A DNA stretch of 64,000 bases, from assembly GCA_013265495.1 (NCBI GenBank), contig MU057744.1, positions 496,001 to 560,000 on the forward strand. The letters are read 5' to 3'. The DNA is from Vicugna vicugna (lineage: Eukaryota). Below the pieces are notes generated by a model, which worked only from the letters and a program-made list of their open reading frames with translations, ran no database searches and was not told where the DNA came from. The position numbers were made by a program, and so were the translations under genes. Below, one piece after another: positions 10,890-24,800 of the stretch (position 1 is the first letter of the stretch; every line of letters begins with the position of its first letter).

Positions 10890-12705
10890 TAAGTCTGTTT
10901 TATGAAATTTATTCCCGATTTGAAGCGGCAGTGCACACAAAGATAGGACAGCCAGTGACACTGGCGGGGGTCTCCCTGCTACATGCACGTTGTGACGCGT
11001 TTCAGACACACACGTTAAGTCTCATGCTGAATAAATAACCCCCCAATTTAACTTTTTACATAAAAATATAATCTTGCACTCTTGACAAGACCGGTTATGG
11101 TGCATATTTTCTCTTTAGATAAATGAAATTCAGCCTTAAAAAAACAGACCGAGTAGCAACCCTATTCTAACAAGGGGCCAGTTTACAGTTCTCAGTAGAA
11201 AAGGGAAAGGAGGCAATACCTGCAATTCTTTTTTTTTTCCTTTTAAACAGAGCCAGTCACTGCAAAGTGAGCAGGAAGACCCTCGCCTCCGCAGCTGCCC
11301 GGACCGGACCGCCGCCGGGTCTGCGCAGACCCTGACCCGGGCGGCCGGGCGCCCCGCTCGCAACGTGAGGTCCCACGCACACGCGGCCACCTGCCTGCTC
11401 GCGTGTGTGTCTCCGCAGCAGAGGCTCTGGAATTGGACGTTATACAGCTTTTAAGCAGAATGTTTTAGAAAGTCTGGAAGTTACAAAAGTAGTTCTGTAA
11501 ACACCATATGAACTCAGTTTCCCAGAACAAACACGCAAGCTATTCTTAGGCAGGAACACACTTTTATCTCATGGTAGCGTTACTGAGCTGCTCTGACAGT
11601 GTTTTCAAAGCCGATACAGCAGCACCCAAGGAAGATGCAGCCACAGCATCACGGCAGGGACGGGCTGACCCGGGATTTTCAGGAAGCCTGTCTTCATCGC
11701 ATGTAAGCTTGCTGTGGGGTACACGCAGACTTTTCTATCGTTCCTAGGGTTTTCGGGGGGTAAAGGTTAGCAGAAACAGAGTGTAAACTGCTTCCTAAAA
11801 GAATTATTCTGCCTCCTGTTAGGCACAGAGTAAGCTGTCCTTTTCTTCGGTAACTCCTCCTGCATGTTAGATTACAGGCCGTGTCAGGCCTGCATCACTC
11901 ATGCCTGCGCAAGCGTCCTCTGCTGTGCAGGGCTCCTGCTGCAAACTGTTCAGTGCTTGACACTCTGTAAACTGTGTTTAAATCTTAGTGACTCAAGTAA
12001 GGACAGTCAATATCTAGTGTTATGGATTTTAAGCAGGATTTTTATGAAGAAACAGAATGTCAAAAATTCTGGTTCTACTCTGAGCTAAGAAGGCAACAGG
12101 CAAAAACTGCCTTAACACTGAGAGTCTGATATCTGGATATTCCAAAAAATGTTTGGTGCAGAGGCACCTAATGAATTGCATACTTCTCAAAGAAAGTGAT
12201 GATGAAGTCCTGAATTTTTCGTTTTTATCTTTCCTTTTTTTGAGGAGGGAGGTGTGTGTTATCCTGGCAGAAAATTTTTTAGATGTAACTTTTTTTAGAG
12301 TATTTTATATAAACAATTAGCTAACCAACTTAAATTCTACTGGTCTTTTTGGAAAAATAGAAAACAGGAACTAATAGAAAACAGAAAAAGAGAGACACTA
12401 ATCCTTCCTTTAGAATCCCTTGTGGAAAAACACTTTAAGAATATGATTTTAATGGATGTGCCAACCTTAAACGTTGTTGGTCAGTGCACACTGACGCGAC
12501 CCTCCACATTATCACTAAACTAGAACAAAACTTTCCCCTGAGGACCTTGTGAGGCTGCAGAACTCTGTGCAGATGAACAGACTCGATCGTTATCTGGGTG
12601 GTCTGTCTGGTCAAACACGTCTTCAGGTTCAACCTTCTGGACCCGGCGAAGTCAGCAAACTGGCTTGGAGTTGAAGTGCTCTGCAGAAGGGGAGGTCCTC
12701 CGCGC
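10890..12705 (-). other. LYST: LYST 3' UTR (~1.8 kb; distal end approximate)
   Basis: Lies between the stop codon and the first canonical AATAAA on the minus strand; no interspersed repeat recognised. Confidence 0.75.
10908..10913 (-). terminator. Polyadenylation signal AATAAA of LYST
   Basis: tttatt on the + strand, ~1.8 kb past the stop, in AT-rich context. Confidence 0.75.
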
Positions 12706-12844
12706 TCACCCAGCCGCATAGCTGCTGAGGAAGGAATAGAACATGGGCTGTTTCAGGCGCTGCTGGTCCTTCCGACACCAGGCGATCACCGTCCCATCGC
12801 TGCTGGCCGTGTACAAATGGTGGCCGTCACAGGAAAACGTAAGG
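12706..12844 (-). CDS. LYST: LYST terminal exon (53), coding part, 139 nt including TGA
   Basis: cag|CCTTACGTTT...[54 protein letters not shown]. Confidence 0.97.
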
Positions 12845-15800
12845 CTGGAAAACAAAAGTCCCGTTTGAACACCAGGTCTCTCAGCATTGTATCGGCACGT
12901 TGGTGATCACACCAACCGGAACCATCTAAGGGGGCGAAGACAGCTTTGCTGGTGCAGGGAGACAGAGAGAGGCCCGCCTGCAACTCACTGGTTTTGACTG
13001 TAATTCGAATGCCGTTTAATTGCTGTGCTGGCTGTTTGTGAAGCTCCTTCTCACCAAGTGACGCAGACGCCGCCCAGACCAGAAGGGGCGGGCATGCTGC
13101 TCCTTCTGCATGTTTCCTCGCCCTTCCTGTTCAGCCTTGTGACTTACACAACAGCTACTCGGGTACAGACACTTTAAAAACAGAACACTGCCCCGTTTTC
13201 TCTCTCTAGAAATATATAACGATTATATTATGGAGATACTTTATTTCCCTGAAAAAGGGAAGGGTAAAAATGTAACATTAATAAGTAAGTAATTTAGGTT
13301 CATTAAACTTCACATTAAGTGGATTAAAAAGAAATTTATTTCAATAAAGTAGCATTTGAATCACCGACTTCTAATTGTGTTTTTAAAGTCGAATTTGTGA
13401 GCAAAGGGGAACTGCTTGTTTATCAACCTGTCACACTCACTCCCACAGCTCAGTCACCATGATGGGGCTCTCAGTAAGGAAGGAAAAAAGCAGCTGCTGC
13501 AGCTGGTGGGGCCTTCCCGGGGCTCCGTCCCCATGAGCTCTCTGTTGGACACTGAGTTCCTGACCCGGATTTTAAGCTCCAGGAAGACAGGAACTGGGCC
13601 TCCTCCCGCCGCTGGGCCTGGACATCGTAGTGTCTGCATGTGCTCGGCGGTCTGTAATGAGTGTGGTCACACATCTCTGTACCGCTGGCACTTTACCGTC
13701 CCCGTCACGAGAACAGTCGCGGGTGCGAGATGCAGGTGGGAGGCCGGGAGACTCACCTCACGATGGGCTTGTTTGACTTAGGAAATGTAATTTCCCGCAC
13801 AGGCTTTAGGTCCCACGTGCTCCACAACCTGGAGGGAGAAGAGAGTCGTCACCTGACTCTGCAAACTAAAATTCCCTTCACTAAGGAGCCCTGCATGTTT
13901 GTTTCCGTGTTACAGAGCATCTGCAAGGCAACACAGCGAACGCTTACCCACAGTTACTTCTGGGAAGCGTGCAGGTGCGCGTGGGAGTGAGTCAACTTAA
14001 CTTTGTTTATTTTCATATTGTTGTTTTATAGTTAACAAACAATATAAAATCTCAAAAGTGCACTAACGCTTTCCTTATGATTTAGAAGTTAAACAGGAAT
14101 AACTGAAGAGCCTAGATCTGAAGGCGGTTTTAAATCTCTAAACATCAAATACTAATGTGCCTAGAGAGTGAAAATGAACCTTCGAAACCGTCCTGTCCTT
14201 ATGATCAAGAAGCGCACAAACGTCAGGACTCCTCTTACCTCACGATTCCGTTTTCTAATCCCCCAGCAATCACGTTGATGGATACTCCCTCAGGCTGGTT
14301 GGAGAAGGCGACAGAACAAATGATCTCTCTGCAGTGGACATGTCCAACGAGGTCGCCGTTCACCGTCCAGAGTCGGAGGTCACTGCCTCCACCAGCTGAA
14401 ACACCATGGTCACCCGCAGGTCACTAGAGAGGAGGGCGCAGGGCCCACTACGCGGGGCCCTGCGGCGCCTCCCTGAGGCCAGCTTGTCTGTCTGAGTGAC
14501 GAAGTTTACAGACCACACATGACTGAAGACTGTGTAAATGTGTCACTACATCATGAGCCACACAGAGTTTGCATATTTGTCTAGAGATGACGCCCAGTGA
14601 GAAAAATAAAAGTAAAACATTCACCTACAGTGCAGAGCCACGAGGGAAATGAACCATGAGTCCTTCTGTGGTCACAGTGTTTCAGCACACGGACTGCCAA
14701 ATCTGAAGCTGAAAGTACCTGGAAAGCTAAACAGTCCCCACAGAGAACACGCTCTGAAACCACCTATGCATGACTCACAGGGTTTCTGGAGAAAAAGGCA
14801 GCTACAGGAAAAGCTGAGTTAAAAACTAATTCTTAAAAAATGAGAGAGAAATCTAATTCTTCAGAATGTCCAAGTTTGAATCTTGTAAATCAATGCCTTA
14901 TTAAACAAATTCTTTCTTTTCAAAGAGCACGAGTGACCAGACTTCTTGTAGTTTTCCGGGGGCGGAGGAGGTAGTAAGCGCTTGCCAGCCTCTGCCAACT
15001 GGGGCTGGTGGTCTGGGGGCCCACGGAGATGTGTGTGCCCAGCCTCCTTTGGAGAAATACTCTCATGCTGATGAAGAGAGAGCTTAAGAGGCATGATGAA
15101 GCTTGGATGATACAATGTGTTAACTCCACTTAATTTATCTCTCCGTTATAACTAACATAAAATAGAGAACTTATTTCTCTCTTTTATAAGGCAATGAAAA
15201 GATTTCATATTTTACAGAAAAGAAATAAATATTGCAAAGATTTCTTTATCTAAAGACATGCTGAAGACCTTTGAATATCACAAACCAAAACGCCTGGTGT
15301 GTTGCAGCGTTAATTCACTATAGCCAGAAGACACAATCTCAGCAGATGAATGGATGAACAAAATGTGGTAAATCTATACAATGGAATATTACTCAGCCAT
15401 AAAAAGCAATGAAGTTCTGACACGGGCTACAACATGGATGAATCTTAAAAATGTTATGCTAAGTGAAATAAGCTAGACACAAAAGGACAAATATCATATG
15501 ATTTCACTTATGTGAAATATCTAGACTAGGCAAATCCAAATTCACAGAGATAGAAAACAGAACAGAGGTTACCAGGATCCGCTGGGGAGGGAGGAACAGG
15601 GACTTACAGTCACAGAGTTTCTGTGTGGGGCGATGAAAAGTTTTTGAAATAGACAGTGGTGAGGGCTGCACAGCACTATGAAGGTAATAATGCCCCTGAA
15701 TTTTAAATGGTTTAGAGGGCAGTTTTTATATTACATACACTTTACCACACACACACACACACACACACAAAGATGAAAAACGCCCAGGGGTCTCCTTTCC

Positions 15801-18800
15801 ATGGTAGAAGACTGATTAGGAGAGGTTATCCAAATAAAGCATCAAGACACAGAGACTCAATATGCTAAAGAAATACAATTATAGACCAGATAACTCATCT
15901 TCTACATGAATAGATTGTATTTCACTCTTTCTTTTGCCTTTAATATCTAATAACAGATTTTTAAAAATACATAAAGTAACCAGATATGTACTAGAAAGAC
16001 TAGAAGGCTTATTACAGTCACTGGATACATGTCCATAAAAGACACCGAAGCAGGGCTGGGTAACTGCAAGGCACAGCTACCACAGGGCTTAGTCCTTCAG
16101 GGCAGAAAGTCTCAGTGTGGCCCTGGACTCTGTGAAGCAGGGTGTGGAACTTCACAGGCAAAGAATGACCCTGCAGGTCACCCAGAAACGTGGTCTACCA
16201 CACCACCAAGTAACTACTCATGTGCCTAAGATTCTAAATATTAAAAAAATTAATAAAATAAAATAAAATCAAGGCCCTTACCCAATACCAGACTGTCTTC
16301 ATGTATAATTTAGCACATCAATCAAAAGTCAGCAAGTTGGGCATTCCTGAGAAAAATCCTTATTCTTCCTGTACATCTTCCTCAAAATTAAAATAAATGA
16401 GAGAACCACCCCTGCTCTGACCCGGAGACGACTGTGTTAACTTTATGATGCCACTGGCAGTGCTAGGCCAGGCTGTAGACCCTGGCTGAAATGCATGCAT
16501 TTTGATACAGTGGCAGAATGATTCTAAAAAAACATAGGAGCCATCCATGTCAACACTTACACACTTTAATACATTCCACATCTTATCACTGTCACAGCCA
16601 CAGCCCGTGGTGAGCACTGGGAGACCAGGACCAGGAGGAGTGAGCCTGCCGGTGAGCTTCAGCCGCAGCCCAGGCACTTCTGAGGTTATATATGTGCACA
16701 CACACACGCACACACACACTCACACACATACATGTATTTATTTAAAACTTTGATCTTAAGGTTACTTGGATGGTTCTCACTAAAGAGCCAAGGCATTCGG
16801 TCGGCTACGTCTGCTAATCTCCTTCCCTTCTTGGACCACAGGAATGGGGGAGTGAACGCTAGTCTGGGTCACTAAAATAAACTGTCCTCTTTCTTAAAAA
16901 GCCATTATTTTCATTATGTTCTCTACATACTAAGTGCTCATTACGACTCCTCTTCTATATGTACCAAGAGGCCTCAGACGAGCTGAGAAGGCCTTTTTGT
17001 TCAAACCGGAAGGAAAGTTCCAGCCACTTCTCTGTCACACTGAGCGCTCCCTGGGGACACCTGAGTGCCCTACTGGGGAGCTGGTAATCGCAAGCATAAG
17101 CAGTTTGGTTTCTTGTTCCCATGACTAGCTGATACAATGTCACAGACATAGATCACTACTGGCAGCCAGAAAGTAATTAACTTCACAAAATTCAGCTCCC
17201 TCAGGATCAGCCCTAACTTTCAGATGTTGCCAAAACAAGGAGGTAGAGAACTGTATGTAAATAACCACTGCAGCACTTCCCCAGACTCCCACTTGACGTG
17301 ACACACTGCAAGCTGCTAACTTGCGCCTCAAGGGGGAACGGCCAGCCTGGTCGTCAAGCACCCGCCCACACTCGTGGTGCCAAAGTCAACTCTCTCCCTC
17401 CTTAGTTATGATGATTAGGAAATAAAAATGTTTTCACGTCATTATTTTATGACTGGGGGCTGAGACTGGCAAGTACTTCATGTCTGAAATCTTTAAGCAT
17501 GACTGGAGACATGCCTTTTCCTGAATACAAGAATGAATGAATGTTGTGTACAAACAATGAAACTCTGAGAGGCGTCCGTGGGACAGCAAAACACATAAAT
17601 ATCTGGACTTCGCTCCAGGCCCCTGGCTTGGAGCTCCTGGAACCCTGGTGAATTTACTGTCTTTTGTATGCTAATGAGTTGACTCCTGCGGGGAGGCCCA
17701 AGACTGCTTTAGGACAGAAGCTGGGTACCAAAAAACCAACCCTGGGATGACTAAGTTAGAACTTACAGCCCCTCCCACCCTGGGGAGGGGAGGGGGCTGG
17801 CGGGTGACCTCAGGTCCCAGTGGCTGATGATCTGATCTACCAGAACACATAGTGGGACCTCAGAAAAACCGCTAAACAACAGCGTGAGGAGAGCTTCCAG
17901 GCCGGGGGGGCACATTCACATGCTAAGAGGGTGGTGCACTCTGACCCCCCGTGGACAGACCCTTCAGATCTCCCCCAGGTACCTTTCCATCTGGGTGTTC
18001 GTTTCTATCCTTTATAATAAGCTATATTCGTAAGTAGAGTGTTTTATTGAGTTTTGTGAGTCATTCTAGAGAATTATTGAACCTGCTCGGGGGTCTTGGG
18101 ACCCCTAAATTTGCTAGCTTCAACTAGTTAGTGTCAGAATTGAATTGCATCGTTGGACACACAGTTGGTGTCACAGAAATGGAGAACTGTCTGGTGTCTG
18201 GAAAGACCACACATTTGGTGTCAGGGAAAAACAGTATCAGAAACGCAAGCAAAGGACAGAAGACCAGCAGCTGTAGGCGTGTCACAGACAGTCTGAACTC
18301 AGTGGGCAGAAAGAAAGGGTTTCAGAGGATCCTTTCAATTAATAGAAGTGAAAACAGAAAATTCATCAACTTTTCAACTGTTCTTCCCTGCTGGATGCAT
18401 CAAGCTTTTTAATGTGTATAAATGAAAAAAACCGAAAACCCCAAAGCAAGAGCTTCGATTGGGAGACACGTCTTTGCCACGTAGACTGCAGGGAAATCAC
18501 GCCTCCGCTAGGTGCCCTGTGCAGCGTTCTCAGGACCCGGGAGACATAAACTCAGAGTCCATCCCCAGCTGATGCTGGTCATCTACTCAGCAGGAAGGTG
18601 GCAAAGCTAGTACTTAAAAAGCAGAAGCAAAGAAGGACAGGAAAACAAACCCCAAGAAAACCCAGATAATTACGTGGCAATAGTTTCCGTGACTCTGATG
18701 TGCTCGAATGCAGTCTCACACGTACCAGAAAAAGAGCTGCATTACGACAGTGCCGACTTTTGCAGAGGGCGACACCCAAGCTGACGAGCTCAGCCCTCGG

Positions 18801-21800
18801 CCTTACCGGACTTTGATACACACACGTGCTACCACCTACGCCTTCAGGTCTGGCTGGGGTCCGAGGGAGGCAGCGCCACGCTTAACCTGTGATGCTTACC
18901 AGCTGGCTAAGTGCACTGCTAGTGCCACCACCCTGTGCTGTGGTTTTGGGGCTTGCTCACCTGAGTCACACACGGTGGCTATGTCACCTGTAGTTTCACT
19001 GGCAGAGACGGCCGTGACAGGGCTTTTGTGTCCCGCCAGACTTTGTACGTAGCACAGCCTGAAAGACCAAAGACATGAATCTGCGTATCACTACGGAGCA
19101 GGACCCTGTGGGCCTTCCCGGGGCAGACCCCCTCCCTCGTATCCTCTGCCCTAGCTGTCTCTGAAGTTCCTAGATGACAGTGTCTGAAGCACATTCCTGA
19201 GCTGTCTCACAGATGCGAAATCCCCACCAAACGGGAGAAATTAACTAGCTGATGACCATGAGCTTGTAGCCCCCAGACCTCCTGGAGCCTAAGGATTGAT
19301 GGTGTGAACCCGTGCCCCTGCCCTGTGATCTCACCATCCACCCACCAGAGGACTGTGCACAAGCTGATCACACACCCTGACCCCCCTCCCTCACCTGGCC
19401 TTTAAAAATGCTTTGCAGACACCAATCGATCGGGGAGTTCAGGATTTTGTGCACTAGCTGTCCTGGACTCCTTGCTTGGCTCCTGAAATAAACGCTGCAC
19501 TTTGCTTCACCACAACCCTGTGTCAGTAGATTGGTTTTACTGTGAGTGGGCGAGCGGACCCAAGATTCAGTTCGGTAACAATATGATCATTAAATACAAT
19601 TATATTCTCTTATTTGTATAATTTTTTTCCTCAGTGTATATGTACCTATTATTTAAAGGGAATTCCTGACTACATTCCTAACTGATCTTTTAATTCATTA
19701 AGCTTGTAAAGGTGAAGTCCGAATATCACGCTTAAAGCTGTTACAAGGCAGAGCGATCACGCTGGTGCCTCTGTGTTTGGCACGTGAACGGCGACACCAA
19801 GGTGGGGCGCAGCCATACCTGTTCAGGTCCCATATGATGCAGGTTCCATCTCTGCTTACACTTATCATTATACTATACGGCTTGCACACACATAAGCTGG
19901 TTATCTCTTCCGTGTGCCCATAGAGATGTACCTGAGACTCCATTTCTATCTCCGAGGGCTGAAATAAAAGAATTGAGTGTAAGACAAAAACCACAGCAAA
20001 AGGTGTCCTAACATTGTATCTCAAACAGAAAAACCACTGCAGTGACTCTTCTCAAACGTATCGGTTTTCAACCAAGCTCAATGGTTTCTAACGAGTAAAA
20101 CTTTAGTTAAACATTAACCTTTTTTTAATTGACCATAATTTCATCAACTAATATGCTTTTCATTTTTGTCTGTTCTTATCCAGTCTCTGGCCAAACACAC
20201 ACGTATTTCTACAGCTGTGGTGACTGCCATGCAAACAACTTTCTATTCTGTATTTTACACAATCTCCCATAAGCGTTTCCCACACCTAACCATTCTTCAA
20301 GATGATTTTTAAGTGTCATAATTTCTATATAGTTAGTATGTCATAATTTACTCGAGCATCCTTTATTGATAGGCATTTAAAGTTGTTCTGAATTTTTTCA
20401 AAACTGTGGATACCATCATTAAATCCTTCATGAACACAAGTCTGCTCCTCCTCTAAACCACTTCTTTAGAACAAACTTCCAGAATCCTACTAGTGGATCA
20501 GTGAACATTAATACCTTTGTAGTTCTTTTTTTTGTGTATATGGAGTAGCACAGTCAGTTTACAACACTGTGCCAGCTTAGTACTTTTGTGGCTCTGGACG
20601 GTGCGCTGCTCAGGGCGCTGCGCCGATGCGGGGCGCCGCCGAGGGCGCCGCGTCCCCACACCCCCGTCACGCAGCAGCAGCGCTCTTCTAGGTCGCAGGC
20701 TGCAAGCTGCTGCCCCGAGGTCCGCACTGGCTCACAGAGGCCAGATGCCCACGCACAGTCCGACCCTTCTTTTCATTAGGTAGCCGTTTATTGTCATAAA
20801 GTATTTCAGTCCTTCACTTCAACGAATGTAGAACAGTAGAAAGGAGGCGTGGGTGCCAAAAGCTGCATCCTGACCACTCAGTTAAACTGCTCCTAACATT
20901 ATACGATCAGCTTATTTTCTGAAATAAAGAAAACGTTAAACATCACAGTTTGTACGGTTTTACAGCCTGTTTCCTCTCCCTTGTCAGAGCTACTGCTGCT
21001 CTGAATCTGCGTGTCTCCCACGCATGCAGCACTTAGGTCCTACACGTATTACTACAGCAACAGACAGCGCGCTACATTGTTCTTCATGTCGATACACCTC
21101 ATAAATGTGGTATTGCTGTCAGGGACCTGCTGCATCTGGCCCTTTTGTTTACTGCTGTTTCTGAAACATCAGTGCAGATTCATCAGCTGCAGCGCATCTT
21201 ACTTTAAGTGCCTTATATGCCAGTGTTTTATTCACGTAAAAATACATATTTTATATTCAAAGACTCAAATGACCAGGCAACACCAGGCTCATGGTTTTCC
21301 TTCGACAACTGGCTTGAGCTGTGTGCCAGTGGCTTCTGTTTAGCTGGGGCATGTGACCTTCACCTGAACACAATCACAGCGACTGGATGGCTCTGAACAG
21401 GGCAAGGGTCCTGGTCTGGGCCCCTTCTGGCTCTTTGTGGCCCTCTCCACAGGGCCGTGGGGTGGGCTAGCACTCGTTCAGACCATGCTTCAGGGGCCCT
21501 GGGACCCAGAAATTCCCTGCCCAAAGAGGCCTGAGTCCCTTCCCTTCTCTGCTTGGACCCTGTAGCATCTGAGTTTGTGACTCAACTCTCATTCTAAACC
21601 TTTGAAAATTTCCCAAGTTTTAAATGGCAATCATGTTGCTTTAAATTACATTTCTCTTATTATAACTAAGTTTAACTTTTTCACATATTCATTTTCTTGT
21701 CTGTAAATTTGTGTGCTTGGTTTTATTGTGTTCGTTACTGCATTTAAAAAATTATTTGTCAGAATTCCTTTATTTGTGGAATAGAATGCAAGTGACTGTT

Positions 21801-24800
21801 TCTGCTGGGAGACCTGGGGCACCATCCTGGTCTAGGGCCGCCTTCCCAAGGGTCAGGTCCTGACGGTCCTGACCACCTGGGGAATCCCAATCCAGGCTGC
21901 AGTTCCAGGCAAGAGTTGGTCCCGTCTGACGCACCCTCACTCTTGGGGACCTCACTTTGGGGACAAGCCTTTTGGAGAAGAGCCTCCTTGGGACCCCCCA
22001 GCTTGCTCTGTCCCTTGGTATTGTTTTCCATTCCTCTCACAAGAGGCTGTCCGAGGGCAGTGTCAATATTCTAGGATTGGCAAATGCCATCAAGGCTAAA
22101 GCTCCCTCCCAGTTTATTTAAAAACAAACAAACAAATATATATGTGTGTGTGTTTGTGTACGTGTATTTTTTTAACTTCATGACCACGAATAATACTTAT
22201 GGGATAATCACAGGACAGGCACTACAGTGGTTGTTGAAATTTTATAGATTGTGCGCTTTAAAATGACTCAAGCGTTAGTGTTACTGGATGACTCCCTGAT
22301 GGATCAAACAATAATCTCCGTGGGCAGAACAGAAGTCTATGCTGGCCTGTTTTTTTAAAAAGATGTTCCTGAATGATGTAATATTAGCTTGGATAAACTG
22401 CATACATATTGTCCCACCACCATCAGTACAGAGAACAGAAATACAGGTGTTCATGTGTATGAAGGTGATGTGGCCACACTATCCAATCAGTGAAAAAATG
22501 ACTCAAGAGCAACTATTTCTTATTGAAATACAGTTGATTTACAATGTTGTGTTAACTTCTGGTGTGCAGCATAGTGATTCAGTTATACACACATACATAT
22601 ACTGGTCTCATTATAGGCCGTTACACGGTGTTGAATGCAGCTCCCTGTGCTGTGCGGTAGGACCTTGTTGCTTATGTGTTTGATATACAGTAGTTAGTAA
22701 GATCAACTATTTTAAAATCAGCTACCCCTTTTAGAAGACGTTATTCTCCAACACATACATGGCTTATAGGTAACAATTCCTTGTAACTTGTCAACTCACT
22801 CATCATTCCGTTTGTAGAATGCATTTTAGAAGACTAACTTGGGAGACTCAACAGGAACACACGATGCCCCAGGTGAGAAGCGCTTCACTAGCTCTGGGAG
22901 GTACTTCATAAGCCCTCCTTGGAAGTATTTTCAAGCAGCAATCATTTGGGCATATCCTGCCTGGCACTTGGGAGCTCAGACCAGCACGGTGAGAGCGCAG
23001 ACACTTCAGAAGCACGGCGCTCGCTGGGTTGGGAGCGTGGAGTCCTGTGAATGTGAGGCGCTCGCTGCTGACCCCACAGGCACAGGGTCACACCTGCAGC
23101 TTCAGAGGCCCCCGGATGATGAGATGGTCCCCAAGAGAAAGCAGCAGCAACACCTACAAAGACCAGGTGAGCCTCCCTCGGACCACACAAGGACAGAGCC
23201 ACACAGCCAGGATGCACTTTTGGACACAGTTTAAATAGCAACTGTTCATCTCATGAACTGATGACCCAGTGGTATTAATACTTAGGAGAAAAAGAGCACT
23301 CTTATAAATAAATTGAAAAACCTACTTTCAGCCAAATATATAATTGAGGAAAGGTAAGTGACATAAGGCTTCACAAGCCTCCAGCAACTTCAGAGTAAAA
23401 GAAGCCTATGTCTTACTGCGTTCAAACGACAGTCACTACCCCGATCTGCTATTTCAAAGCCATGACGTGGTGCAGCGTGACCTGCGCACATGAGGGGACA
23501 CGTGCTGAGCACAAGTGGTGAGAATGCACTTGCTGGGGAAGGGGGAGGGATAAACTGGGCGTTCAGGATTAGCAGATGCACACTACTGTATACAAAATAA
23601 ACAAGATCCTACTGTTTAGCATAAGGAACTATATTCAATAGCCTACAATGAAAAAGAATATGAAAAAGAATGTATGTCTGTATAACTGAATCACGATGCT
23701 GTACACCAGAAACTAACACAACATTGTAAATCAACTCTACTTCAGCAAAACAAAATAAAGAAAGAATACATCTGCAGGAAAGAGGAAACAGAAGGGTGAG
23801 CTCAAAAGGTGAAAGGTGGCGGCAGCAGTTAGTATGAGAGACACTACAAAATTAACAACCCCTTCAGGCCGTTGGGAGCAAAAGGGAGGAAGCGGGTGAC
23901 CTCCAAGGTTGAGGCACTTCTCCGCTCAGGCCTCGAGCGTTTCTCAGTGCCCTGCGCGTCTGAGAGCCGCACTCCGCCCGCTGCCCTGCCACCCTCCCCA
24001 GCACGCGGCACTCTACGCACCTGCCGCTCCCCAAGTCCCGGCCTCTGACTCCGCGCAGCACTCTTCCCTCTCTTCTCCACTTAGTGAGCTGAGCTTCTGA
24101 GGCCCAGCTCAAGTGTGCCTTCCAGGCTCCCTGACATCGGCTGGTGCCTCTTCTGTGCTTTTCTGACGTGGGTGCGACCCCTCCCTAGAGCACGCCCTTC
24201 ACGGTCCTGCCCACCCGGGCCCTCAGCCGGGCCCGCATCCCCGCCACACCCCGCCCTCTGGTCGCCGCCCCTCACGAGCATCTCTCCTGGCCGGCAGTGA
24301 TCTCCTTCAAATGCTGGCGGGAGCACAGTACCCCTGCTTAGAACGCATTACGTGACAGAGGCAATGCTATGGTCACATTCGCCCCCCAGGATTGTGGCAA
24401 AGAACCTAACAAGGGCTTACGAGGGAATAAACCTGCACAGAGAAGTAAAGAGCCAGCATCAGCCACGCTAGGGGCGCGGGCCTCACCCAGTAAGACGTGT
24501 TTCATAAAATAACGGAGAAAACCATACTGAAAAAAAGCCCGGAGAACGCTCCAGCCTTGCATGATCGTCACTGAGGGACCACCCTGGACCCGCCACGGAT
24601 CCGCAGCCACAGACAGCTGGCTCAAGGAAGGAACGGCAGCAAATTACAAGTGCTGCATACTGTCTCCTTCACCGAGCTGTTTTAGCAATTTAACTCTTAA
24701 ATCCTAAAGACTCAGCGAATAGCCGAAGAAACTTCTTCCGGTAATTGGTAGAAATCAAGACAGGCTACTTGGACTTTGCCGCCACTGAATTCACCCAGAG

